Part shown: positions 23,539 to 32,663 of the stretch, piece by piece
Layout: each line of letters begins with the position of its first letter
Numbering within the stretch: position 1 is the stretch's first letter
Origin: a virus
UHGV virus genome: UHGV-1364435
DNA length: 40,193 nucleotides
Strand: one strand, 5' to 3'
Notes under the pieces: generated by a model
Database searches by the model: none
Told to the model about the DNA's origin: nothing
The model's input: only the letters and a program-made list of their open reading frames with translations
Position numbers and translations under genes: made by a program

Positions 23539-24952
23539 GCGACGCCCTTACCAGCGGCAGATTACCCAATTCATGCTCTCGCATCCGCGTTGCAATATTT
23601 ACGCGACTATGGGATCAGGGAAAACGAGCGCGACAATGTGGACCCTGGACCGCCTGTTTCAGACTGGTGATCTCGTAGATGGTGAAGACCGCGTGCTTAT
23701 CCTGGCGCCGCTGCGCGTCGCGTCCGGCACATGGCCGGCCGAACAGGAGAAATGGCAATTCCCTAACCTGCGCGTCGGTGACGCCACGGGCCCAGCCGCG
23801 CACCGCGTCGCCACGCTGGAAGAAGATTTCAACGTCATATGCCTGAATTACGAGTGCATAGAGTGGCTGACCGGGCTTTATGGCCAGGACGACTGGCCGT
23901 TTACCGTTATCGTCGCCGATGAGTCAACCAAGCTGAAATCGTACCGGTCGAAGAGTGGCGGCAGCAAACGTGCGAAGGCGCTAAGCCGGGTAGCATGGGG
24001 CCGTGTTAAGCGCTTCATCAATCTTACCGGTACGCCGTCACCTAACGGGTTAAAGGATCTGTGGGGGCAAAACTGGTTCGTTGATGCTGGCGAGCGCCTC
24101 GGGACGTCCTACGCGGCGTTTACCGATCGCTGGTTCATCACCGAGTCAAAAGGCGACCACCACGCGGCGAAGGGATACCGTCCGCGCAAAGGCGCCGATG
24201 GTGAGATCCACCGGGCAATGAAAGATATTTCGTTGACAGTTGACGCTGCCGAGTTCTTTGGCTGCGAAGAACCGGTACTGGTCCCGGTGCTGGTAGACCT
24301 GCCGCGCAAGGCCCGCAAAATCTACGACCAGATGGAAAAGGAGCTTTTCGCGGAGCTGGAGAACGGCGAGGTAGAAGCGGCGAATGCGGCAGCACGCACG
24401 TCTAAATGCCTGCAGATCGCCAGCGGCGCGGTATACGTCACCAATGAAGACGGCGAGCGGTCTACCGAGTGGGAGAAAATCCACGACGCGAAACTGGATG
24501 CGCTGGATTCCATTATCGACGAGCTGGCGGGCGCCCCGCTTCTGGTGGCCTACCAGTACCGGCACGACCTGGCGCGCATCAAAAAGCGGTTCCCGTTCGC
24601 CGAGGACCTGAAAAAAGGCGCTGCCGGTAATAAGCAGATCGATCGCTGGAACGCCGGCAAAATCGACGTGTTGCTGGTCCACCCGGCATCAGCCGGTCAC
24701 GGGCTTAACCTGCAGGACGGCGGCTGTCATTTGGCCTTCTTTAGCCCAACCTGGAATTTTGAGCATCACGCCCAGGTTATAGAACGTATAGGCCCAGTCC
24801 GCCAGATGCAATCCGGCCACCCGCGCCCGGTGTTTATCTATCTCATCCAGGCAAAGGGTACGCTCGACGAGGCCGTCGTTTCTCGCACCAGCGATAAAAA
24901 ATCCGTTCAGGACGTGCTTATGGAGTATATGAAACGCAAAGGTGGCGCATGA
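23525..24952 (+). CDS. SNF2/DEAD-like superfamily 2 helicase
   Basis: ATG at 23525 (MSRFKRRPYQRQ...). Walker A ATMGSGKT, motif II VIVADESTKLK, and C-terminal helicase motifs. The track ORF starts upstream inside the HNH gene. Confidence 0.8.
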   Translation: MSRFKRRPYQRQITQFMLSHPRCNIYATMGSGKTSATMWTLDRLFQTGDLVDGEDRVLILAPLRVASGTWPAEQEKWQFPNLRVGDATGPAAHRVATLEEDFNVICLNYECIEWLTGLYGQDDWPFTVIVADESTKLKSYRSKSGGSKRAKALSRVAWGRVKRFINLTGTPSPNGLKDLWGQNWFVDAGERLGTSYAAFTDRWFITESKGDHHAAKGYRPRKGADGEIHRAMKDISLTVDAAEFFGCEEPVLVPVLVDLPRKARKIYDQMEKELFAELENGEVEAANAAARTSKCLQIASGAVYVTNEDGERSTEWEKIHDAKLDALDSIIDELAGAPLLVAYQYRHDLARIKKRFPFAEDLKKGAAGNKQIDRWNAGKIDVLLVHPASAGHGLNLQDGGCHLAFFSPTWNFEHHAQVIERIGPVRQMQSGHPRPVFIYLIQAKGTLDEAVVSRTSDKKSVQDVLMEYMKRKGGA

Positions 24953-25428
24953 TGTTTGATTTTATTGACTATAACCCTGATACCGGGGTCTTTACCTGGA
25001 TTAAACCACGCGGGAGATATTCCGCTATCGTAGGCAAACGCGCGGGCGCACTCCGGGAAGATGGATATCGGCAGATAAAAATAAATGGCAAATACGTCAA
25101 AGAGCACAGGCTTGCCTGGTTTATGACCTTCGGGGAGTGGCCGGATTGCGAAATAGATCATATTGACGGTAACCGCAGCAACAATGCGATCGCCAATTTG
25201 AGGCCGGCGACTAAATCAAACAATGCTCACAACCGGCGGCTTAACGCTAACAGTAGTACGCGGGTTAAAGGTGTGTCTTTCCATAAAGCAACCGGAAAAT
25301 TTCAGGCCACGATTATGCATGGCCGGTCCTCGCTGTATCTTGGCGTTTACCCGACGCTGGAGGAAGCCGAGAAAGTAGTTAAATCCGAGCGTGAAAGGCT
25401 CCATAGGGAGTTTCATAACCATGGCTGA
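24949..25428 (+). CDS. HNH homing endonuclease with C-terminal AP2-like domain (paralog of 23041-23538)
   Basis: HRLAWFMTFGEWPDCEIDHIDGNRSNNAIANLR, then AP2-like GVSFHKATGKFQATIMHGRSSLYLGVYPTLEEAEKV. Confidence 0.8.
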   Translation: MMFDFIDYNPDTGVFTWIKPRGRYSAIVGKRAGALREDGYRQIKINGKYVKEHRLAWFMTFGEWPDCEIDHIDGNRSNNAIANLRPATKSNNAHNRRLNANSSTRVKGVSFHKATGKFQATIMHGRSSLYLGVYPTLEEAEKVVKSERERLHREFHNHG

Positions 25429-25912
25429 TAAATCAAACACGGCGCCGGAAGATAAAGACTGCTGGCGCACGCCTCCGGAGATATTCGAGCCGCTCAACGA
25501 GCGGTTTAATTTCCGCTATGACATGGCGGCAGCTGATCACAACGCCCTTTGCGCACGGTACTACACCGAACAGAATAGCGCCCTGGGTATCGAGTGGCCT
25601 GCGGCATGGAAATGGTGTAACCCGCCTTACTCGAAGCCGCTGCCGTGGTTCCAGCACGCCGCGCAGTACAGGAAAACGGTGTTGCTCCTGCACCTGGCCG
25701 TCGCTACGCAGTGGATGGATATAGCGCGCCAGGAGGCTAACACCATCATTCAGCTGACCGAGCGCATCCAGTTTATTCACGCCAGGACCGGCGAGCGCGC
25801 GGCGACGAAGAATAACCGCGACTCGCAGATCATCATCTTTGGCCGTCGGCCTAACCCAGACGGCGCGCGCATCGTCCAGTGCTCGATCGCGGATATCGCA
25901 AAATATCTATAA
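25421..25912 (+). CDS. DNA N6-adenine methyltransferase (phage Dam-like, pfam05869-type)
   Basis: ATG at 25421 (MADKSNTAPEDKDCWRTPPEIFEPLNERFNF..DMAAADHNA...). Catalytic motif NPPY (WCNPPYS). Confidence 0.75.
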   Translation: MADKSNTAPEDKDCWRTPPEIFEPLNERFNFRYDMAAADHNALCARYYTEQNSALGIEWPAAWKWCNPPYSKPLPWFQHAAQYRKTVLLLHLAVATQWMDIARQEANTIIQLTERIQFIHARTGERAATKNNRDSQIIIFGRRPNPDGARIVQCSIADIAKYL

Positions 25913-25919
25913 ATGTTGG

Positions 25920-25948
25920 TTGCAATATTAGCGGAGTCATATTATAGT
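25920..25948 (+). promoter_or_regulatory. strong sigma70-like promoter P2 (TTGCAA-N17-TATAGT), near-identical to P1
   Basis: AAATGTTGGTTGCAATATTAGCGGAGTCATATTATAGTTAG matches AAATGTTGGTTGCAATATGTGTGGAGTAATATTATAGTTAG at 2018-2058. Confidence 0.55.
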
Positions 25949-25993
25949 TAGTTCATAGGCGGCGCGGTGCCGCAAATGAATGAGGATTCAATT

Positions 25994-26197
25994 ATGGCGC
26001 ACATGATGAGAAAGGCCGATTTTCTGGTACTGGCAAGAAAGCTGGATAGCCCCCGGGTCAAGTCACATCGTCACGGCGTTCTCTTGATGGATGGTAACAA
26101 GGTGCTGGAAGAAATTTACGTTGCATCATCCTTTAATGAAGCGGGTATTATTTCGGCTATGAATCAAGCCACTAAATTCAAAGGATGGCTGGCATGA
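25994..26197 (+). CDS. hypothetical protein (67 aa)
   Basis: GAGGA 8 nt upstream of the ATG at 25994 (MAHMMRKADFLVLARKLDSPRV...). Confidence 0.4.
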   Translation: MAHMMRKADFLVLARKLDSPRVKSHRHGVLLMDGNKVLEEIYVASSFNEAGIISAMNQATKFKGWLA

Positions 26198-26370
26198 AAG
26201 TTAATGTAGTATTTGAGCACCGCGTCAACGGGTATCAGTGGCGTAAATCGTCGGATGGTCGGATATGGGTACGGGAGCCTTCTTGCATGAAATGGCGATA
26301 TTCAAGCACCACCGAGCGCAATATAGATACAGCTTTAACCGATGGCCTACTATTTGAGGTGAAAAAATGA
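26194..26370 (+). CDS. hypothetical protein (58 aa)
   Basis: ATGA overlaps with both neighbours (MKVNVVFEHRVNGYQWRKSSDGRIW...). Confidence 0.4.
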   Translation: MKVNVVFEHRVNGYQWRKSSDGRIWVREPSCMKWRYSSTTERNIDTALTDGLLFEVKK

Positions 26371-26687
26371 AACGTATTACCGCAATCGCAATCACTCTGG
26401 CCGCCGTTCTGGGCTGCTCGTATGCAGGATCCGCCGCTGCCGTCACTCCGGTAGAAATGTGCCAGGAGCTGGCCGAAATGGGTGGTGTTATTGTCGACGC
26501 CAGGAACCGCGGCGACTCGCTGGAAAACGTAACCAGCATTATCAACGGCAGCGATATGACCCCGAGCCTTAAAGCCGGCATGACGCGCATCGCCGTTACG
26601 ATTTATGGCAATCCGTCGTTGAAACGCGCCGACGTCGTGGCCTATGGTTTTAAAGGGTGTATCGATGGGCTGTCAGAGGATATGTGA
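26367..26687 (+). CDS. small lipoprotein (106 aa), candidate receptor-blocking superinfection-exclusion protein
   Basis: Signal peptide MKRITAIAITLAAVLGC with a lipobox-like VLGC. It is encoded convergent to and immediately beside the tailspike gene, and is followed by a strong terminator. Confidence 0.55.
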   Translation: MKRITAIAITLAAVLGCSYAGSAAAVTPVEMCQELAEMGGVIVDARNRGDSLENVTSIINGSDMTPSLKAGMTRIAVTIYGNPSLKRADVVAYGFKGCIDGLSEDM

Positions 26688-26688
26688 G

Positions 26689-26716
26689 AAAAGGGCCGCA
26701 AGGCCCTTTTTTTTTG
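26689..26716. terminator. bidirectional intrinsic terminator
   Basis: AAGGGCC gcaa GGCCCTT (26690-26708) with A-run upstream and T9 downstream. It serves the plus-strand lipoprotein cassette and the minus-strand tail operon end. Confidence 0.75.
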
Positions 26717-26721
26717 TCATA

Positions 26722-26901
26722 TTAAAACGCCCGGCTTACAAAAAATGCGCCATCAGATAGTCCATTAGATATTATATGATTTGTTGCCGTTTCAACTTCA
26801 TTTTCCCCTTCTTGTTCCCGGACATAGAAGCCATCCTCAGATTCGTGGTCAACGATTATAAACCCATCATAATTATCGTGTTTCGTTTTTATCAGGTACA
26901 T
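26722..26901 (-). CDS. small hypothetical protein (59 aa) translationally coupled downstream of tailspike
   Basis: ATG at 26901, 7 nt after the tailspike stop. GAGG overlaps that stop. MYLIKTKHDNYDGFIIVDHESEDGFYVREQEGENEVETATNHIISNGLSDGAFFVSRAF. AT-rich. Confidence 0.35.
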   Translation of the reverse strand: MYLIKTKHDNYDGFIIVDHESEDGFYVREQEGENEVETATNHIISNGLSDGAFFVSRAF

Positions 26902-26908
26902 AAAAACC

Positions 26909-29191
26909 TCATATCTCTTTTACTGACCAAAAAACAGGAATTTTTACTTTAATTGTTCCAACAAAACCGGTCAATCTCAACGCCAACTGCGCAGAATCAG
27001 CGTATTGTGCCTGCGGTACGCTTTGCGAAACGCCAACGTATGATGTTGGGGCAAGAGGGCTACCAGACCTTGTGAAAAGTTCCGTTACATTGATAACATC
27101 ACTCAGATAAACGGCAATGGTCCCCCTACTTGTCGTTATAGTAGATGTTCCTGAGTTAAATGTTAACACTGGTTCTTCAAATGTCCTTGCCAACATATAC
27201 ATATTCACATTACCAGAAGATATCCCACCTGCGCATATGGATAGCCCGCCGCACCATGTCGGCCTTTCTTTTGCTGGATAATATGGGGTGTGTACTAGCT
27301 CAAATACATCAGAGCTATTGACAGCAGTAATTTCTATTGTTCTTGATCCATCCGCGGTATTCGCGCCATATACAGCGGAAACCCCAGAGTTAGATGAACT
27401 AACTGTAATTTTTGTGTTGGCATCAGTTGTGTTTAGCACTGAGTTACCTTGGGTTCCAGAGAAATTAAACCGCCACCCCATCAGGCCATTATTATACCTC
27501 GGCAATATACGGTTTGATCTAAGCCCGGTACTGCGTGGGTTTTTATTGGTGATAACACACCTGTTATTATTTTCTGTACCATCGCCATACCCGCTAAGAG
27601 ATAGATATTCATAAGTTTCGTAGTATTGCGTAAATGTCCAATCACATTCCTCGAAAGAAACAGCACAACCACCACCAGGAGCGTGGATGAGTTGCCGTAT
27701 TGTGTTGGACGCCCCGTTCATATAAAGCTGAACATCTCGGAACTGAACTTTAACCGGTATTCCTGGCGCGGAAGGGCAATTCACCAGATAACCCGGAACC
27801 CCTTCGATATGTCCGCCCTGAACCAGGATCCTTGATACGGATGCCAGATTGCCAACGAGAAGAACATCAGCATCAGTATAATCCAGTGAACAGTTATTGA
27901 TGTAATACCACATTGGCGCCTGAAACCAGAAATGTGCAACCGAGTTATTACCGATCGTACAATTCTCGAAAATCATTTTCTCCCCAGCGTTTAAGGAAGA
28001 GCCGCCAGATACATAGACACCATATTGGTTTAGCATTGAAATAATGCCATTGAAGGTATTAATGAAATTGTTTCTTGCGGTTATTTGTATACCATATTTA
28101 AACTTCATTATGGTTAAGTCGCCGACCATTAAATCTCTGACAGCGAAATATGAAGTACTTGGGTCCCCAACATATAATCCCGTGCCAGTTGATACCGCAC
28201 CGCCTGGGCCAGTAAGAATGAACCTTCCGCCATTTGCGTTAAAGATCTTACAGCCCTGAACATCGGCCGGGTTAGACGGCATGCCGCCCGAAGAGATAGC
28301 CAGCGAAGCGTTATTGATGCTGAACGCACTGTCTGTCACGGATGGGTAATTCAAATAAACATAACCATCAGTAATCAGACACATAAATGACGGGATGAAT
28401 ACCGGAGTATCAATCGTGTAAACCTTTCTGGATGCAGGAATAAAGAAATTCGTGATTGCGCCTTTGATGGTGCCAGCCGCTTTTATCTTGTTAACCTCGC
28501 CAGTAATGATGGTATTCAAAACTGTACCAAGGTTAGAGTTATCAGAGAGAAGCCCAGCAAGACGTACATCAAGCCCTTTGGAAACATCAGCCTTCCAACG
28601 AGCGCCTCCAGCCGTAACAAATACAGAATAACCATCATCAGCCGTAGTCAAATCATCGGCATCGTACCAAAGTTGGCAATTTATCTCATGACCACCAGAC
28701 ACAGCACGCCGCAGGGTAATAGATTGCCCCGCGTATGAGGGCTCAACTGTGCGCAGTGCGGAGATGGTTGAGCATTTGCCAATAAGTTTTAAACCATCTA
28801 ATGCCGCGAGATTTTGCCTCAATAACTGGTCCGTGCGGGGTTTCCAGTTAGAGTCTAGTAATGGATTTGTACCAGGCGCTACAACATGCGGCAGCGTACC
28901 CGCCCACGAATACCAGTTGTTATCCGCCGGGTTATATACCACGGTATCGCGTGCGGTAACGGTGCCGCCAGTGGTGAAATCGAACGCCGCCGGGTCAAAG
29001 CCCATGTCACGCAAGATTGCCGGAAGAGTCTTTTGCACTTGCCCGGTGACCGGGTTAGTGGCAAAGTCAATCTCCGCGCCGGAAGATACCCCACCCGCAT
29101 GCCCTGTAATAACTTCGGCCTCAAAGGTCTGGTGCTTCTTGGCCGTTTTCAGATCTTCCAGCGATAAGACGTCGCCGCATCCGCTTGACAT
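26909..29191 (-). CDS. tailspike / side tail fibre with beta-helix (pectate-lyase-like) domain, probable polysaccharide depolymerase
   Basis: 760 aa. The N-terminal roughly 130 aa look like a conserved adaptor domain. The central/C-terminal region has repetitive G/N/S/T-rich beta-helix-like composition. The C-terminal coding DNA has visibly lower GC, about 42%. Confidence 0.7.
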   Translation of the reverse strand: MSSGCGDVLSLEDLKTAKKHQTFEAEVITGHAGGVSSGAEIDFATNPVTGQVQKTLPAILRDMGFDPAAFDFTTGGTVTARDTVVYNPADNNWYSWAGTLPHVVAPGTNPLLDSNWKPRTDQLLRQNLAALDGLKLIGKCSTISALRTVEPSYAGQSITLRRAVSGGHEINCQLWYDADDLTTADDGYSVFVTAGGARWKADVSKGLDVRLAGLLSDNSNLGTVLNTIITGEVNKIKAAGTIKGAITNFFIPASRKVYTIDTPVFIPSFMCLITDGYVYLNYPSVTDSAFSINNASLAISSGGMPSNPADVQGCKIFNANGGRFILTGPGGAVSTGTGLYVGDPSTSYFAVRDLMVGDLTIMKFKYGIQITARNNFINTFNGIISMLNQYGVYVSGGSSLNAGEKMIFENCTIGNNSVAHFWFQAPMWYYINNCSLDYTDADVLLVGNLASVSRILVQGGHIEGVPGYLVNCPSAPGIPVKVQFRDVQLYMNGASNTIRQLIHAPGGGCAVSFEECDWTFTQYYETYEYLSLSGYGDGTENNNRCVITNKNPRSTGLRSNRILPRYNNGLMGWRFNFSGTQGNSVLNTTDANTKITVSSSNSGVSAVYGANTADGSRTIEITAVNSSDVFELVHTPYYPAKERPTWCGGLSICAGGISSGNVNMYMLARTFEEPVLTFNSGTSTITTSRGTIAVYLSDVINVTELFTRSGSPLAPTSYVGVSQSVPQAQYADSAQLALRLTGFVGTIKVKIPVFWSVKEI

Positions 29192-29203
29192 ATCAGAATC
29201 CTC

Positions 29204-31795
29204 TTATGAAAAACCAGTATCAAAACCGGTGCTAAACGCCCGCCCGAACGGCGACACGCCATCTTTTTCGTAGTATCCGTCGGAGTAATTGTATCCGGTA
29301 ATCACCACGGTGCGATTATTACCCGGCGTCACGGTACTAACCAGCATCATCTGCGCGGAATGCCGCGCATCGCTGCCGAATGAAAACTCAGTCTTTAATG
29401 CGTCGTTACCAGTATAAATGGATTCAGCGGGCGCGGAAAGCATAACTACCTGTTGCGCGTTAGCCCCTGGTGTAACGCCGACGCTCTGCACGGACCCGTC
29501 GCGCTTTTTGAGTATGATCGAATGGTCTTCACCCGGCGTAAATTCCACCGGCTGCGACAGCGTAAGCGTAAGGCCGTTTACCGCAATAACGTATCCATCG
29601 AACGGCGCAACGCGCGACCCCTTAACCACACTTATCGGCCGTCCTGGTACGGCGAGAGCTCCTTCCTCCAGCGCGGTGAACTCAACGGCAACACGGTTAA
29701 GTCTATTTCGCTGATACCGACGCCAGGCGTGCCAGTAGGCTTGCTGGTAGTTGCGGACACCCTTCGAGTCGTAGGTGTCGGTTTTAACGCCGCCGGTCTC
29801 CGGAATCTGGATGGTTTCTTTGATGTTGGTATCCGGGTCAATATAGCTGAATTTAAGCGAGTCGTAGGCCGTGCGGTCGTTAAACTGCCGTGTCCACTTC
29901 TCGCCGGACGGCGCTTTACTGCGATGCGTGAATACCATTTCAGGGCCCGCGCGTGGGCGTTCCAGGTCCAGATAAATGTTATGCCCACGGCGAGACGCCG
30001 AACAGAAAATGGCCTCGGCTATCGTGGTGATGATGTCCTGTGCCGTCGCCTCGTAGGAGTCGAACGTGTAACAGAATTGCCCGGCAAGCGGCGTACCGAA
30101 ATACTCCTCGACCTCTGCTTGCGTGGCGATCAGTTTATCCATGTTTGCCGCGGTGAGATTCAGGTTGCCAACTACCGGGTCGCGCATCAACCGGATCAGA
30201 GATTGCACGGCCTGGGTGTTTTCGGTTAGCACCGTATCAAATACCCCGCCGCCGAGATATTTGTAAAGTTTCTCGGTAACGATGAGCGCTAGTTTCGGCG
30301 ATTTAACGGAGGTGGCACGCGGCGTCTGTTTACGCGCGGTGTGTACAGTTGTTCGGTTGCCGTAATCATGGGTGCGCTCGTAAACCTGCCCGTAAAGCGC
30401 ATCGTATTTTATTTCGTCAACAACCTGGCCCTCGAAGTCGAAATCAGCATCCGTCACCCGGCGCGCCCGGACGCGTACGCGGGAGGCAAACGGCAGATCA
30501 GCGATAATGCTAACGCCTGTTGAGTTTGACGACCTGCCTGATACGGTTCCCTGCACAGCGTAAACATTGCCATATGGCGTGTTGTTCTGGTCGAGCAGCT
30601 GGTACTGTACCTCGGCGGTTACGCTGGCCGGCTTTTTGCTACTGCTGCCGTTGTCCTTGTACATGCCGTTATCCGCGCTGATATTCACCAGGACGCGTTC
30701 GCATTCCAGGCTGGTGATAGACACCCAGTCGGTCAAACTCTTCTCTACGGTGTTAACAGGGCCGATCTCGGCGGCGTTCCCGGCGGGGTCGGCTGCATTC
30801 ACCTGATTAACCGTCGGGCTAATCACCTGCCAGGCGGACAGATTACTGGACACGTCCAGGACGATGTCGACCTCGCTGACCGAAATAACCGGGTAATAAC
30901 CGTCCAGATATGGATCCGGGCCGCCCGGATCATTCAGCGTGACGTTAGCCAGTCTTGCCGTATCTCCTGCCTCCAGGTACGCGTTAAAGGCCGCGTCACC
31001 CGAGGCGTCGGTGATAGTCCCCGTGGTCCCCGAAAGAGATGCTATCGTGCCGCCGTCGCCGGTAATGCTGGCGTTAAGGTCGTTGGGTGCCTTTAACGTC
31101 TGGCCGTCGATCTCATTCGATGCGTAGGTGATGAATAGCGGTTCGGTAATCGGGTCGCCTACCAGCGTTTGCGGAGCGTCGCCGCTGTTCGGCGAAGTGT
31201 ATGGCGCGTATACGGCAGCCGAGGACCCGGTAATTTCCGATAACAGGGTGTCACCGTCCGTGATACCGCTCGCCGGCGTCGACATAGGCCCGCGGCCGAC
31301 GTCGTAATAACCGAACTCGATAACCTGGCCGGCGCTGTTATAGAGTTGGTAGCTGTTCATAAGGATCGCCGGAATGCTCTGCACCGTGCCGCAAATATCG
31401 TAAGTGCGTTCGTAAGGGCGGGCCTTGTTCGTACGATCCGTTAAGCTGTTATTCGGACTCTCGGCCTGCTGGTTGGACAGCCCCGCCGACACGGACGTTT
31501 TTTGCGAGGGCATTAACAATTTCAGAATGGGATTAAGAATTTTCCCAACGAAACTGAAAACGGCGCCGACCGCGCCGCCGCCCGGCGATTCGACGACGTA
31601 ATACTCGGCGTTAAGTTCGAGGCGGTCGAAATCCTCGGTCACATCGTTATCTTCGCCTATGCTGCTGATGTATACCCGGAACGGGACGCCGTCCGGGATG
31701 TGCTGTAACACGATCCGCATCGGCGAGGCCCAAAAACTTTTCGTCTGAAATTCGCCGTTTTCATCGCGCGTGATTAAGTGTGTTTTCATCGCCAA
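29204..31795 (-). CDS. central tail fibre / host specificity protein (gpJ-like, with gpI-like N-terminal segment)
   Basis: 863 aa, immediately downstream of gpM/L/K-like genes. Size and synteny match J. An N-terminal stretch resembles the lambda gpI C-terminus. Confidence 0.7.
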   Translation of the reverse strand: MAMKTHLITRDENGEFQTKSFWASPMRIVLQHIPDGVPFRVYISSIGEDNDVTEDFDRLELNAEYYVVESPGGGAVGAVFSFVGKILNPILKLLMPSQKTSVSAGLSNQQAESPNNSLTDRTNKARPYERTYDICGTVQSIPAILMNSYQLYNSAGQVIEFGYYDVGRGPMSTPASGITDGDTLLSEITGSSAAVYAPYTSPNSGDAPQTLVGDPITEPLFITYASNEIDGQTLKAPNDLNASITGDGGTIASLSGTTGTITDASGDAAFNAYLEAGDTARLANVTLNDPGGPDPYLDGYYPVISVSEVDIVLDVSSNLSAWQVISPTVNQVNAADPAGNAAEIGPVNTVEKSLTDWVSITSLECERVLVNISADNGMYKDNGSSSKKPASVTAEVQYQLLDQNNTPYGNVYAVQGTVSGRSSNSTGVSIIADLPFASRVRVRARRVTDADFDFEGQVVDEIKYDALYGQVYERTHDYGNRTTVHTARKQTPRATSVKSPKLALIVTEKLYKYLGGGVFDTVLTENTQAVQSLIRLMRDPVVGNLNLTAANMDKLIATQAEVEEYFGTPLAGQFCYTFDSYEATAQDIITTIAEAIFCSASRRGHNIYLDLERPRAGPEMVFTHRSKAPSGEKWTRQFNDRTAYDSLKFSYIDPDTNIKETIQIPETGGVKTDTYDSKGVRNYQQAYWHAWRRYQRNRLNRVAVEFTALEEGALAVPGRPISVVKGSRVAPFDGYVIAVNGLTLTLSQPVEFTPGEDHSIILKKRDGSVQSVGVTPGANAQQVVMLSAPAESIYTGNDALKTEFSFGSDARHSAQMMLVSTVTPGNNRTVVITGYNYSDGYYEKDGVSPFGRAFSTGFDTGFS

Positions 31796-32151
31796 AACTC
31801 AATTTCCTGGTAACGGTCCCGAATATCCGCCAGCGCTTCTAAGCGCACCTGGCGGGCCGCAAGTTCGCAATGGCTAACCATACCGTCGAAGTATACCCCA
31901 GCATGCCACACAATGCGCGACCCAACACGGCAGCCCATTAACACAGCATCGAAATTCTGCGGCACGTCTACCCGGGAAAGCCCGGACGGGTCACGGTGGC
32001 CAGCGTCAAAAGCCGCGTCTATCTTGGTAGGGGAAATCACGTCGAAGATCGGCGTATCGAGCCCAGCCGCCGCACGCACGCGGCGAACGTGATGCCAGCA
32101 ATGGTACGTCCTGAAATTGTATGGCGTGCCGGTGTAGTCGTTTATGTTCAC
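31786..32151 (-). CDS. tail assembly protein, NlpC/P60-like (gpK C-terminal-domain-like)
   Basis: 121 aa with Cys/His motifs (YHCWHHV). It lies between the gpL-like and gpJ-like genes. Overlapping starts and stops. Confidence 0.5.
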   Translation of the reverse strand: MNINDYTGTPYNFRTYHCWHHVRRVRAAAGLDTPIFDVISPTKIDAAFDAGHRDPSGLSRVDVPQNFDAVLMGCRVGSRIVWHAGVYFDGMVSHCELAARQVRLEALADIRDRYQEIEFWR

Positions 32152-32663
32152 GATGCGAGGACCCCGCGCAATAATGGGATCTCTGTCGGCGTCGCCAAAA
32201 GGCCGGTGCCGCGCTCGTTGAGCCGTGGCACGCCGACGTCGGCGGTAAAAATACCCTTTTCCTGTGATAGCGACTGCAGGTCATAAGTAACCGGCCCGTC
32301 GCAGGGATAGGATAAATCTGTGCTGATAAACCGGCGATATGTGAAAACAGGCCACTCCTGGTTATCCAGCGGAATATTCTGCATTTCGTCATCAAGCTGG
32401 TTACCGACATCCGGCAGCGTGAAAGATGCCTGCTGGTCGAGGTTGTTGCTGTTCGCCGCATTATTCGCGTTCATCGGCGACGGTTCAAACGTCACCGTCT
32501 CCCCTGTCTCCAGCGTTGCCGTTAATGGGGATGTCCCTTTGACGACCAGATACCGCTTCGAAAGCAGCGGGTGCGTTATCTCTACGGTTTCATAGTCGAT
32601 CTGGCCTTCCGGGTTAGAGGCCAGTTTGCGCTTGTAGGCTTCGATTACCGATTCTTCGCTCAT
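32148..32663 (-). CDS. minor tail protein (gpL-like position)
   Basis: Start at 32663 with ATGA overlap with the upstream gene. Assigned by synteny, between gpM-like and gpK-like genes. Confidence 0.5.
   Translation of the reverse strand: MSEESVIEAYKRKLASNPEGQIDYETVEITHPLLSKRYLVVKGTSPLTATLETGETVTFEPSPMNANNAANSNNLDQQASFTLPDVGNQLDDEMQNIPLDNQEWPVFTYRRFISTDLSYPCDGPVTYDLQSLSQEKGIFTADVGVPRLNERGTGLLATPTEIPLLRGVLAS

Noticed and set aside
29453-30229. 258-aa plus-strand ORF inside the gpJ-like gene
   Set aside because: It is antisense to a strongly supported 863-aa structural gene. It has no RBS and arginine-rich composition.
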